A stretch of DNA of 64,000 nucleotides from Curvularia clavata. Taxonomy: Eukaryota. The DNA is taken from assembly GCA_023920165.1 (NCBI GenBank), contig CP089274.1:868001-932000 (forward strand), in the 5' to 3' direction. Shown piece after piece: positions 1-10,596 of the stretch. The position numbers and the translations under genes were made by a program. Numbering within the stretch: position 1 is the first letter of the stretch; each line of letters opens with the position of its first letter. The notes under the pieces were generated by a model. That model was not told the origin of the DNA. It ran no database searches and worked only from the letters and a program-made list of their open reading frames with translations.

Positions 1-596
1 GACTCCTTGCTCTTGTACTGCCATTTTGTTCCGGCGCCGGCGTCGAGCAGGACGGAAACAAGAAACAGATCAAGCAAACGGCGGGTGCGCTCCTGGTTGT
101 CGACGGTGGAGGGCCACGAGGCCATGAGCTGGTCGATTCGCGGTCGACCGCCGACGTCAAAGTGCTGCCACCTGCCATGTGGGGGGATAGAAGCGTAGTC
201 GGGAGCATAGTCGCGCTGGAGAGGGTCTTTGTGTTAGAGGGTAGTCTAGGCAGGGCATTGTTGGGGTATGGCTAGTCTCACCTTGATTATGGAGACTACG
301 AAGCTGGCGGCATCTCCAAACTTGCTCATGTCGACGGTAAAGTGCTTGAGCTGGTTCTTTTTTGCCTTTTCGAAGACGAGCCTGGAGCGCTCGCGCACGG
401 CGTGGATGCTGCGCAGGTAGCCGGCCGGGTCGAGGGATGGATCTGGGGCCTTTGGCAGCGGAATGTCTGGAAAGCTGGTGGGACGAGAGCCGTTGGGCGT
501 GGGACCAGGGGAGCGCAGGGAGCCATTGGAGCTGTTTGGCTGGCTGGTGCCAGGAGAAACCTGGGGCTTTGAGCCCTTGCGATTGAAGAGACGCAT
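1..596 (-). CDS. URC4: Uracil catabolism protein 4 / Urg3-like (DUF1688), 5' part; runs off the left edge
   Basis: ATG 596 (MRLFNRK...). Exon1 596-282, intron 281-216 (GTGAG...CAG), exon2 215-<1. Spliced translation contains YLRSIHAVRERS and IPPHGRWQHFDVGG...LDLFLVSVLLDAGAG, typical DUF1688 motifs. Confidence 0.85.
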
Positions 597-873
597 GCTG
601 GCGCGCGGCGACGAGAGGACTTTGGGAGCGGACAGGCAGAGGCTGGTTGCGAGGTTTGCTGGGGAGACAGGAAAGGTATGCTCGAGTCGGTCGAGGTTGC
701 TCGAAAGACGGCGATCGCCGCGCTTGTTGGCTGGGCGGGACCGTTTACCGGGAGATCCTGGGCGAAGAAACCGGAAGCGATTGCGGCGGTGGAGCTTGAA
801 TGCAAGGGGATCCTCAGGTGGGCGGCGGCGGCAGTAGTGCAAGACTCTGTAGCAGCAGCAAAGTCGGACTCGG

Positions 874-896
874 AGGCAGGCAGGCAGGCAGACAGC
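874..896. repeat. (GGCA)n microsatellite
   Basis: ggcaggcaggcaggcagacag read directly. Confidence 0.7.
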
Positions 897-1554
897 AAAA
901 GCTTCGCGGGGACGCGTCGCCTCCTGGAGCAAAAGGTAATGTATTTGGTGCCGCGAGCATAGGCGCTGGCGGCGGGCTGGTGGTGCCCCTGGCTCACCCG
1001 CGTTGAATGGACGGCACACTGTCGAAGCGCTAGCAGGGCAGCAATAAACCCTCGAGCATGGCTCGACCGGACCGGTCGACTACTGCGAGCAGCTTGCAAC
1101 TCTACCGAACCCTCGTCGCCCTCTAGTTGCCCCCGACTATTCTTACTTTGCTTTACTTTGCCTCGCTCCACGCAGCGCCGCCAGCCTCGGCCGCCGAATC
1201 TTCCATACATACAGCCAATGGTGAAACCACGCCTGGCGGGCGGGCTGCAGGGTCTCGGCTGCGTCACTGCATCGGAACATGGGCGCACGCGATGTGTTCC
1301 CTTCGCAGCATAGTCACTCGTTCGTGCCTGGGCCATGTATCGTTCGTTGCAGGGTGCGACCCCAGTACCGCCGAATTGCGCGCGCTGCTGCTTGCAGTCA
1401 AGCCCTCTGCCCTCGGCCGCGTGCCCCTTTGGGCTCGCCGCCCCTGACTCATGATCCCTCCCCTACATCGGGGAGACGCGGGCGGCACGACTCTGATACC
1501 GTGGCCGCGGGTTGCGGCTCGGCAAATCCGCAAACCTATCTGAGCGCTCTCCTG

Positions 1555-1575
1555 CCTGTGCCTGTGCCTGTGCCC
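1555..1575. repeat. (CCTGTG)3 microsatellite
   Basis: cctgtgcctgtgcctgtgcc read directly. Confidence 0.75.
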
Positions 1576-2679
1576 TCCAACGCACCCACGGCATCATCAG
1601 CCTGGTCCTGGCATATTGCACATGTGCCTGTGCAATATCACCACGGCTGCCCAGGCAGCCCATCAACACGCTGCCTGCCCAAGGCTCCCATTGTGCTCCT
1701 CGCCTGTTTTCACGCTTGCGAGCACTAGCCCTAGCTGCACGCGGGGCCGGTTCCTGTGCCGTCACTGACTAATGGCCTCTCGCTTTCTTTCGGCCCGAGT
1801 CAGGCTCATCCCAACCTCCGAGCCGAATCAATCAATGGCCATGCTGCCTCGACATGCCCATGAGCATGCCTGGCCACCAATCTCGCTCCCTCAGGGGCCT
1901 TGCAGTCGGGTCTTCCACCCGCGCCTGGCCCTACTACTACCGTCTCCATCTCCGCGGTCGCGGTGCACCCAGTCCAACACTGACCAAATCTTAACCTGAC
2001 AGCCACAAACTCAGTCGCCTCCACACACACACCCCTCCGACTCGCCACTTGTTGATTGTTTACCTGCTGCCTGCCCCCGACCCCGATGTCTTGTCCTGCA
2101 ACTGCTCGCGCGCCAATGCACCTGCTAGGTCCATGCCATGCTTTGGGCCAGCTCCGTCTGCACGACATTGGCCACGCCATGTCAAGACGCCCCGATAGGG
2201 CTCCCTGACACGCAACGTCTTTTGACGCCCACTGGCCCCTCGGCGCTTTCTGCCTTCTTACCCAAAACGGCAGCATATCCTTGCTGGTAGGTTAGCCGCG
2301 CAAACTTCCACAGACGCTCTCTTCTGCTTGGTTTCATATACCAGGCCAAGGCAACTTTGCCTCTCTGCGCCGTCTGCTCAGTTGCTTCACCTTGAAATCA
2401 ATGTTTTAAAACGGATTCGAGTCAACATTTGCTTGCGCAACGCACAGTAGGTGTAGTGAGCTGTCTGTTGCTGTTGCTTTTTGCCGTTTCCAACAAACGT
2501 CGTTGCGACGACTACCGCGGACCCTGCATGTGGCACGTGATGCGGCTGTACCTGTGGCGCGAAGCGACAAGCGCGCCCGCAATGCTGTCTGGACGTGTCA
2601 CTTACTCAACCCGCAATGCAATCATGATATGAAGTTTAGCTTGCACACTACCTAAGACACCTCCAATAATACACTCACC

Positions 2680-5612
2680 ATGGACGATCTAGCTGGTCTC
2701 GACTGGTCCCAGCCCGCCAAAAAGCCAGCTAGCAACACCCCCGCGGCCTTCCCACCCTTTCGCCAAAGCCCCACGCCTCAGCTCTCTGGCCGGTCCACCC
2801 CCCTCTCTGCCCTTTCCGCGCAGCCTTCCGGCCTTGGTGCAAGTCTCAGCGGTAGCCAGCCCCTCAAAGCGCCCTCGAAACCAGCAACCCCGGCCAACGA
2901 TAGCTTTGCTAGTCTCGTGTCCTCGACCAAACCAAAAGACTCGACGAGCAACCTCTCATTGCAGGAGCGACAGAGGCAGATACAGGAAGAAAAGGCGAGG
3001 TTGGAGGCAGAAAAGCGAAAGCAATGGGATAGTACGTTTGGTAGCGCCGACTCCAAGCATTGGGATACTTTGGGAAGTGGAAAGAGCACCCCAGAGCCTA
3101 CCGCAATTGCTGCCCCGCGAGCCTCAAACAACCCATTCACCAACCAACGTCTGTCACAGACCATCAACAAGCCATTTGCAGGCCTAGACACCAGTATAAG
3201 GCGTCCTGAGCCATCCTCCCATGATGAGGCCGACTTGCTAGCAGCCTTTAATTCCGCCGCTCCCGTCGATCGCTCAAGCCATTTCCCCGTCCCTTCCCAA
3301 AGCAGCGGTCGGAGCACCCCCGCATACGGCGCAGATGCATCTCGAGGCCATACACCCTTGCCGCAGCCCTCTTCGGCAAGCAATGCGCTCATGGATGACG
3401 ATGACGATGTCTTTGGTCTCAAGCAAATGGCGCAAAAGTCGGCTTCGCCTGCACCTCCGCCTCCCACAAACGATGGCGATGATGACATACTAGGTTTGCT
3501 GAGTAAACCTGTCTCGGAGTTTCAGCAAAAGGAGGAGCCTAAGCCAACGGTCAACGCAACATCTCCGGATATTAGCCAACGTTCTTCAGGGCCCCAGAAT
3601 GCCCACGATAAAGCTGTCGCTGAGCTGGTGGATATGGGATTTCCGGCTGAAAAGTCTGCCATTGCATTGGCTACTACGGACTCTGGCCTGGATGTGCAGG
3701 CAGCAGTAGGCTGGTTGCTGAACCAGGCACATGCCGAGGCAAAGCAGAAGACACAAACCCAGAGCCGCGACCGATCACGTCACGAACATGAAGACTTTGA
3801 GGACCGCCCAAGGCGAGCAAACAGCAGGCCGAATGGGCGGGAATCGTCAAGGGAACCTCGTGCAGGCGGATCCAGGCCAGCTTGGATGCAAGATGAAGGA
3901 GCACGAAGTCGATCTGGGTCACGTAGGCCAGACGGTCAGGACAAGGACATGACGCAGATGGCCTCTGAGATTGGCAACAACCTGCTCAAGTCCGCAAACT
4001 CCCTCTGGAAGACAGGCCGGAAGCAAGTCCAGAAGGCCGTGGCTGACTTTCAGAATGAGGGTGATCCCAACATGCCGAAATGGATGCGAGATGCCCAAGC
4101 AGCAGAGGCCAGCTCTCGCCCAGGCAGGCAGCAACCCAATCAAACCGCTACGGATGAGGCTATGATGCTTGAAGCCGGTGGTCGACCATCCAAGCCGTCT
4201 CGGACGAGCGAGATGCGCCAACAGGCTGACCAGCTGCCAGTCCGACAAAGGAGAGAGCAAGAGGCTAGCCGAAGCAGCCACTCTGACCGCATGCCATCTC
4301 AACCATCTTCTCAACGGCAACAACCTTCAGCGTTGGATAAGCGACCAGCTACCCGGCTAACTCGTCAAGAAATAGAAGAACAAGGCTCTCAGGCATATGT
4401 TAGCCCAGCACGACGAAAAAAGGCTACGCCCCAGCCAGAGCAACAAGTAGACCTCTTCTCTCCAGAGCCTACAGCTCCAAAACAAGCCCCACGGCAAGCA
4501 GTATCGCCTCAGTCTAAGAACCCCTTTCTTCAAACCACCTCGAAGCCAAAGGCGCCAACCCCAGCACGCGCACCAAGCCCACCAAGGCCCAAAGCCCCTC
4601 CACGACAGATTCCTCCAGTATCCTCCTCCGCCCTTAGTTCATCTTCGGCTGCCCGACAGAAAGGGTCAGAAGCCTTCAAGCGTGGAGACTATTCGGCTGC
4701 CCATGATGCCTACTCTTCTGCACTTAGCCCTCTTCCCCAATCACATCCTGTGACCATTGTCGTACTCTGCAACCGCGCCATCACTAACATCAAGGTCGGT
4801 GATCCAAAAGCAGCCATTGCGGATGCAGATGCTGCATTGGCTATCATTGGAGTCTCCAAAGGTGAGGGCGAGAAGATTGCCACTGGCGGCGTTGAGGGAG
4901 AAAAAGACATGAAGGAATTCTACGGCAAGGCACTCATGCGTAAGGCAGAAGCGCTCGAGAGCATGGAGAAGTGGGCAGAAGCACATGGCGTATGGAAAGA
5001 GGCAGTTCAAAACGGCGTGGGCGGTGCCATTGCCATTGCAGGCCGCAATCGCTGCGAGAAGGCCGCCAGCGGTGCCGGCAATGCACCTGCAGTAGCAAAG
5101 CGCCCACCTCCCGCTCGCAAGCCCGCTGCTCCCAAAGCATCTGCCATGTCTGATCTGGGCGGCCGTCCTGCCGCCGACTCGGAAGCCGTCAAGCGTATGA
5201 AAGCCGCCAATGCCGCTGCTGAACGCGCCGACGATGAGAAGTTTGCCCTTACCGATCAAGTCGACGCCAAGCTCATTGCTTGGAAAGGCACAAAGTCAGA
5301 CAATCTACGCGCCTTGTTAGGTAGTCTGGACAAGGTGCTCTGGGAGGATGCAGGATGGAAGAAGGTCAACATGGGTGACTTGGTCATGCCGAATAAGGTC
5401 AAGATTGTCTATATGAAGGCGATTGCTAAGGTGCATCCTGACAAGGTAAGATTTTTTCTGTGATTTTATGTAAGGATGGTTGTTTGCTGACAATGACTTT
5501 TCTAATCTAGATCTCTCAAGACGCAACCACAGAGCAGAAGATGATTAGTGCGGCGGTTTTTGCGACGCTCAATGAGGCATGGGATAAGTTTAAGGCAGAT
5601 AACAATCTGTAG
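2680..5612 (+). CDS. SWA2: Auxilin-like clathrin-uncoating co-chaperone (UBA + TPR + C-terminal J domain; Swa2/Ucp7-like)
   Basis: Exon1 2680-5445, intron 5446-5510 (GTAAGA...TAG), exon2 5511-5612 (ISQDATTEQKMISAAVFATLNEAWDKFKADNNL*). UBA motif AELVDMGF, TPR RQKGSEAFKRGDY...LCNRA, J-domain KVHPDK, and NPF and DLL/DLF motifs. Confidence 0.9.
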
Positions 5613-6762
5613 CTTGGCTATCTATAGCCTTTTCTTGATATGATTGTCTAAGATGGATCATCTCATGAGTGGAATGATGAATAAGGGCTATGCTACAACG
5701 AGTGCCCATTCAGTCCATAGCCTTACCTCTGCTGTGATCATATTTCACGTGTAATGCATGTGTCTACACCCGTGTAAATGCGTATTTGCCCCTACGACTC
5801 ATTTGCCTCGTCTTCCCGGCCAGAAGAGGAAGGAGTGAAGAAAGACAGGCGTATGCTTGCTCAACACACGGTATTATTCCATAGATGGGACAATAGATCT
5901 CGTGTGTACGTCTTGCATGCCCGTTGAGGGGGCATTATGCTGGGGCCTGTGTTCAGTCACTGGTGAAAAGTAGATCAAGCAGACAGATGGGATAGACTTC
6001 TTCCCCTGTAGATTGAGAAGAATAGGAAACGGCATTGTCTATTCAACACAGACAGCATCTTGTCACAACAGAACGGCTTCTCTCAGCCATTGCTCGTAGT
6101 ACAAACTCTCTGCCCTGTTACCAACTGTCCATCCCTTTACCAAACTCTCCTTTTCTCCTCTTCCTCGTCTCTTCCCTACTGTGTCCCCTTTCTTCGTCTA
6201 CAGAACCCCAAACTTACTTCCCTTGCCTTTCCGTACCGGTATCTTGTCTCTCCTCTTCCTTACATCCTACACCTACCCCAGTCCTAGTCCTCAACCCTAG
6301 TCCTCTAAATACGCATCCAGGACTACCCTCTCCCACAACCATGTACACACGTACATCCACCGACCGAAACTCTCCACCTACCGACATATGAAACTCCACC
6401 TGCCCACCTGCAAAAAACCCACATCAACGCACATGCATGAAAACTCAGATACGAGTGTCCTGGGGTTATCCTTTCCGCGGCAGTTCAACCGTATCTTTTT
6501 TATTTTCGCCTCCGCTTACACCTGCCTAACACGTCCCCGTATACGTTACTTTCCGCCTGCCTGTCCGTCCGTCCGCCCGCCCGCGGCGCCCGCTCATCGT
6601 ACGATACTGTAAGCCTGCTCTCCACCGCTGCTCTTTACTACTACCATGTGACTTGCCACTGCCAATGTCAATGCCAGTGCCTTGTCAATGTCATGCCAGT
6701 GTCAATGATCGTATGATGTCAAAGCCCATGTACATACGTACACACAGCTGAGGACAAAGCAA

Positions 6763-6792
6763 GCGAGTACGAGTACGAGTACGTACGCACGA
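6763..6792. repeat. (GAGTAC)n microsatellite
   Basis: gcgagtacgagtacgagtacgtacg read directly. Confidence 0.7.
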
Positions 6793-7235
6793 GAGATCTT
6801 GGGGGCCAAAACTAAAGAACTGTCGTGCGTATGAATCATGGATGCTTGTAAAAGTAAGGAAGAGGAAAGGCGAAGTTAGGTGTACTACGGAGTGTGGAGT
6901 GGAGAGTGGATTCGATTTGCCGCCATCCGCTGTCATAATCCTCGTCTTGATCTGACTTGCTAATGATGACTCGATATTATTTGCAAATGAGTAACAGAGA
7001 AGATTTGAATGCAAGTTACTAGTAGTGTCTCGGCTTACTGGGAGGCATAATGACTTGCTAGTCTTCTTGGTCTTGACTTGCTAGTAATGACCACTTTACG
7101 CCCGTAACTCACTTCTGTCTCGAGCGTCTACTCGGCATTGGGTTGAGCTTCGTATTGTTTCAACAGGGTAGAGCGAGGTGGTGGTGGTGTGTGTGTGGCA
7201 AACGGCACATAAGTTCATACATACGAGTGAGACAT

Positions 7236-7286
7236 GATAGACAGACAGACAAACAGACAGGACAGGGACAGGGACAGGGGCAAGGG
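7236..7286. repeat. Compound (GACA)n/(GGGACA)n microsatellite
   Basis: gatagacagacagacaaacagacaggacagggacagggacagggg read directly. Confidence 0.75.
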
Positions 7287-10200
7287 TCTTTTCAGCTTGA
7301 AGCAAGGGAAATGAGTCGTTGTAAAAGGGTCTTTGTTTGGAGGACGCAGAGCGCCCGCCGCATCCATCGTAAAGCTTACATGGCCCCCACTCTCTATGCC
7401 ACTGTCCCCCAATTTCAGGGATTTAGAAATTCTCAGGGCTGGAAGGGGTATTGCAGTTACAGATGAAACGGGCGGAACGGACGTTCTTCCTTATCTCGTT
7501 TTCCCCGAAAGAACAATGGCTAAGGAGAGAAAAACGGGTAGGTGTGTATGTGTATACATGCATGTTTACGTTACGCGAAGTATATGAAATTGTATGAGTC
7601 GTATTTTGCCCTAGCCAATAGCTGTAGATCTGGGCTTATGCAACTATATCTGAAATAGGATGTAGGGATTACAAAGCCTTTTTTTTCCCTGCTGCATTCC
7701 ACGAGAATTCCTCCGAGAAACTTCAATGTGGGTTTTAAGCCGCAGCAGGGATTATGAGTAAGGAAAGCCGTTTTTTGAAGTTTGAAGTTTGGACAAGGGG
7801 GAGAAGCATGGCTTACTCTTACATGACGTATTCTTTTTTTCTCTCTCGTTTGCTTTTGCTATACGGTGTAAGACTGGAGTATGTAGTGAGCACTAAGGTG
7901 TTAGCAGCTCAGCATAGCTAATCGTAGAGGTATATTCTATACTAAAGTGATCTGAGTTTCAAAAGGAGAAAGACAGCCTCATGCGGCCTATTCTGGCGGA
8001 GGCTTGTGCGGAGACGCCGATTTCGATCACGATTGCGGCAGCGAGCTACGTATCTTGCATCCAGGCCGATGGCGCCAGTAGCGCCACCGATCACGGTACG
8101 CGGGGAAATCTTTTCTCTAGTGAAGCTACTGCGGTATACAGCACATTTTTGTGTGTATGAGTACAGCTCACATGCTTCCATCTCACTTGGATCAAGGCTA
8201 AAATGTATGTGTATGTACCTAATACTTTCACTTTGACCGTGGCCAAACTAGGCGTGATGCCAATGCGCAAGAAAGGACGCCACCACTCCAAAGTAAGCAA
8301 TAGGAAAACGCGGAAAACAGAAATTCTCACTCGAATTTCCTGCTAAGGTCGTGTTCTCTCGATTCATCACGCTCGCAAGTGCCGTGCCCAAGGGAGAAAC
8401 CCAAACTCTATCGGCCATCCACCACGGGTGAGGGTCTTTTTTGGGCGGGTGGCAAAGCAGGACGCCTTGATAGGGCCGGTCCGGTAGGCTCGAGCTGCGG
8501 AGATTTAGAGTTTTGTTGCTTTTTTAGTGCTCCGTGGAACAGGCAGTTTGGTAACGCTATTTCTCGGTAAGTCGAGAGATTGGCTCGCCTGAGAAGTTCC
8601 CAAGACAGAATGGTGGGGGGGGCAGCTGGGGAAGGGGAAAAAAGGAGGTTTTACGAAGATACACGTTACTTGAACATAGTGGTGCGTTTTGTCCTTCGTT
8701 TGCTCAGCAGTACCTTCAGCGTGGCTTTTCTTTGCTTTTGGGCTTTGGCTGATAGTGGTCGACGATCAGCCAAGTACCTACTATGGTTACGGTAGCATCG
8801 AGGGTGCCGACCCGGCAGATTGCCAGTACCAGTACCAGTAAATCCATTCCCACTAACTGCGGAAGCAACTCGTAGCGGAAGGTGGCACTGTGGCGATCTT
8901 GGTGAACTTGCTTGCTCAGGCCTGTTCTGGATTCGCTTGTTGTTCAGTTAACGCGAGTGGACTGGATGCCCTGGGACTACTCAACACTTGCCTTGGCTGG
9001 TACCCTCTCCCGAACTGGAGCCGCAAAACTAAGTTTGGGTCTGCTCCGTAATTGCTGAGGATTATGGGGTACCGCTAATACGTACCCAGACATCCGTCCT
9101 CCCCGGAGCCTTTGCTTGTTGCGTGATCTAGTGCAAGGTCAGTGGACATGACAATACCGTTCCAAATGCGCTGTTCAGTCATCTTATCAACAAATGTCCG
9201 TGCAAGTCAGAGCGCTCGGACTTGCGCCGAAGTGGTGTTCAGGTGGTGTGCTAATGGAGAGTTATCCTTGGGCCCCTTCACAGTCTCTATCACGATCTAC
9301 AGCACCTCTAAGCGAATCGACCCAAGCCGGATGCCAACGGGCGCCTATCACGAGCCAAAGTACGGTACTTTGCTCGCTTAGTGCAGGGATCATCTGGTAG
9401 ACCGGATTGTGGCCAAAGTCACGCACTGGTGTGATGCATAAGCTGAGCGCTGAATCAATTCTTGGGTGAATGAGTATGTCGTCATAATCATCTGTTTGCT
9501 TGCTCGCAGCATCAGCTCCTCTGCCATCGGCAATTCCATACAGCTCAGGTTGACGGATCCCGCATGTCTTGGCGGAAGTAAGTGTGCCCCTAACAGTGCG
9601 CGAAGAGGAGCTGCGGCGACTGTGAACAATGGCGCTGTTGACGTACTGGACCCGTGTCCAGAAGAATCCAAGGAGGTGTGGCGCGCGCTCATTTGTACAC
9701 TCGCGGTCTCCTATCCCCTAGATGGAGCTAAAACCCCGCATGGGTCGACCTTGCATGTTGAAACACGTTGGTAGCACCCGGAGTGCAAGGTACGGGTACT
9801 CACGTCTGTCCCGTGAGCCATGGTATAACAAACGCGAGAAACATGTCTTATGAGGTAATACCGCAGGTAGACCCGACCTCGCTGTGGTGCACCAAGCCGG
9901 GACAAGCTAGTCGATCCATCCGTGGAGGTAACGCACAACGTAAACTTCATGTAGATCAATGCCCTGCTTGTTGGATAGGTTGTAGGGTTGAACGTGGAGA
10001 CAGAGGTTCCAGTGATGTATCAAGTCCAAATTGATCGGAATGCCCAAGTTGTCTCGACATTGTAGTGTTCAAAAAAGTACTCCAAATACTACTAGTATCA
10101 GGCGACCAAGAATTGGAGCCATGCGTTATATGTCGTTACCTACCCACGTGTCGAAGTCGTATCCAAATCCCGTCTATCCTGCCCATAATCCAACCGTAGT

Positions 10201-10596
10201 AACGCCGTAAAGATCTCTTATGTACAAGAGCGGTACAAATACAAAGCAACTCTGTATTACAGTTGTAGAAAGACGGTATCATCGTGATTGCTGTGACGCA
10301 TGATGCGCAGATAGCATGAGGGCTTTTTCAATGCAGTTTTCCTTAGCTCATAAGGCTTATGTTGATCAAACACTAGAAAAGTGATTTTTTGGAGTATGCA
10401 TAAATGAAACATGTGGAAACCAAAATGCCGCAGCGGCAAATTTCGGTATGGGGATCTCCATGCTGTCTCCAATGCCGCAAGTGTCAATGCGTATGTGAGC
10501 AATTGGCACATGTAAACCCATTGCTAATTTCGCAAATCCAAGGTGTATTCCGTAAACACATTGGCTCTGCCATGGGTGTACATGGCTAGGTGGTGA

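Noticed and set aside
326..1336. 336-aa minus-strand ORF overlapping URC4
   Set aside because: Alternate-frame, GC-rich shadow ORF with no motifs. The URC4 frame explains the coding signal.
5674..5740. Box C-like ATGATGA with a short hairpin after SWA2
   Set aside because: No properly placed CTGA box D or recognisable guide. It lies in the expected 3' UTR.
6994..7005. ACAGAGAAGATT match to the U6 snRNA core
   Set aside because: Flanks do not continue as U6 (no AGCATGGCCCCTG). Chance 12-mer.
7980..8160. U1-like GATCACG loop and Sm-like ATTTTTG
   Set aside because: No 5' ACTTACC or other snRNA landmarks.
5613..10596. Telomerase RNA in the long intergenic gaps
   Set aside because: By eye, no TAACCCTAA/TTAGGGTTA template on either strand here or in the 18-22 kb and 35.5-38.7 kb gaps.
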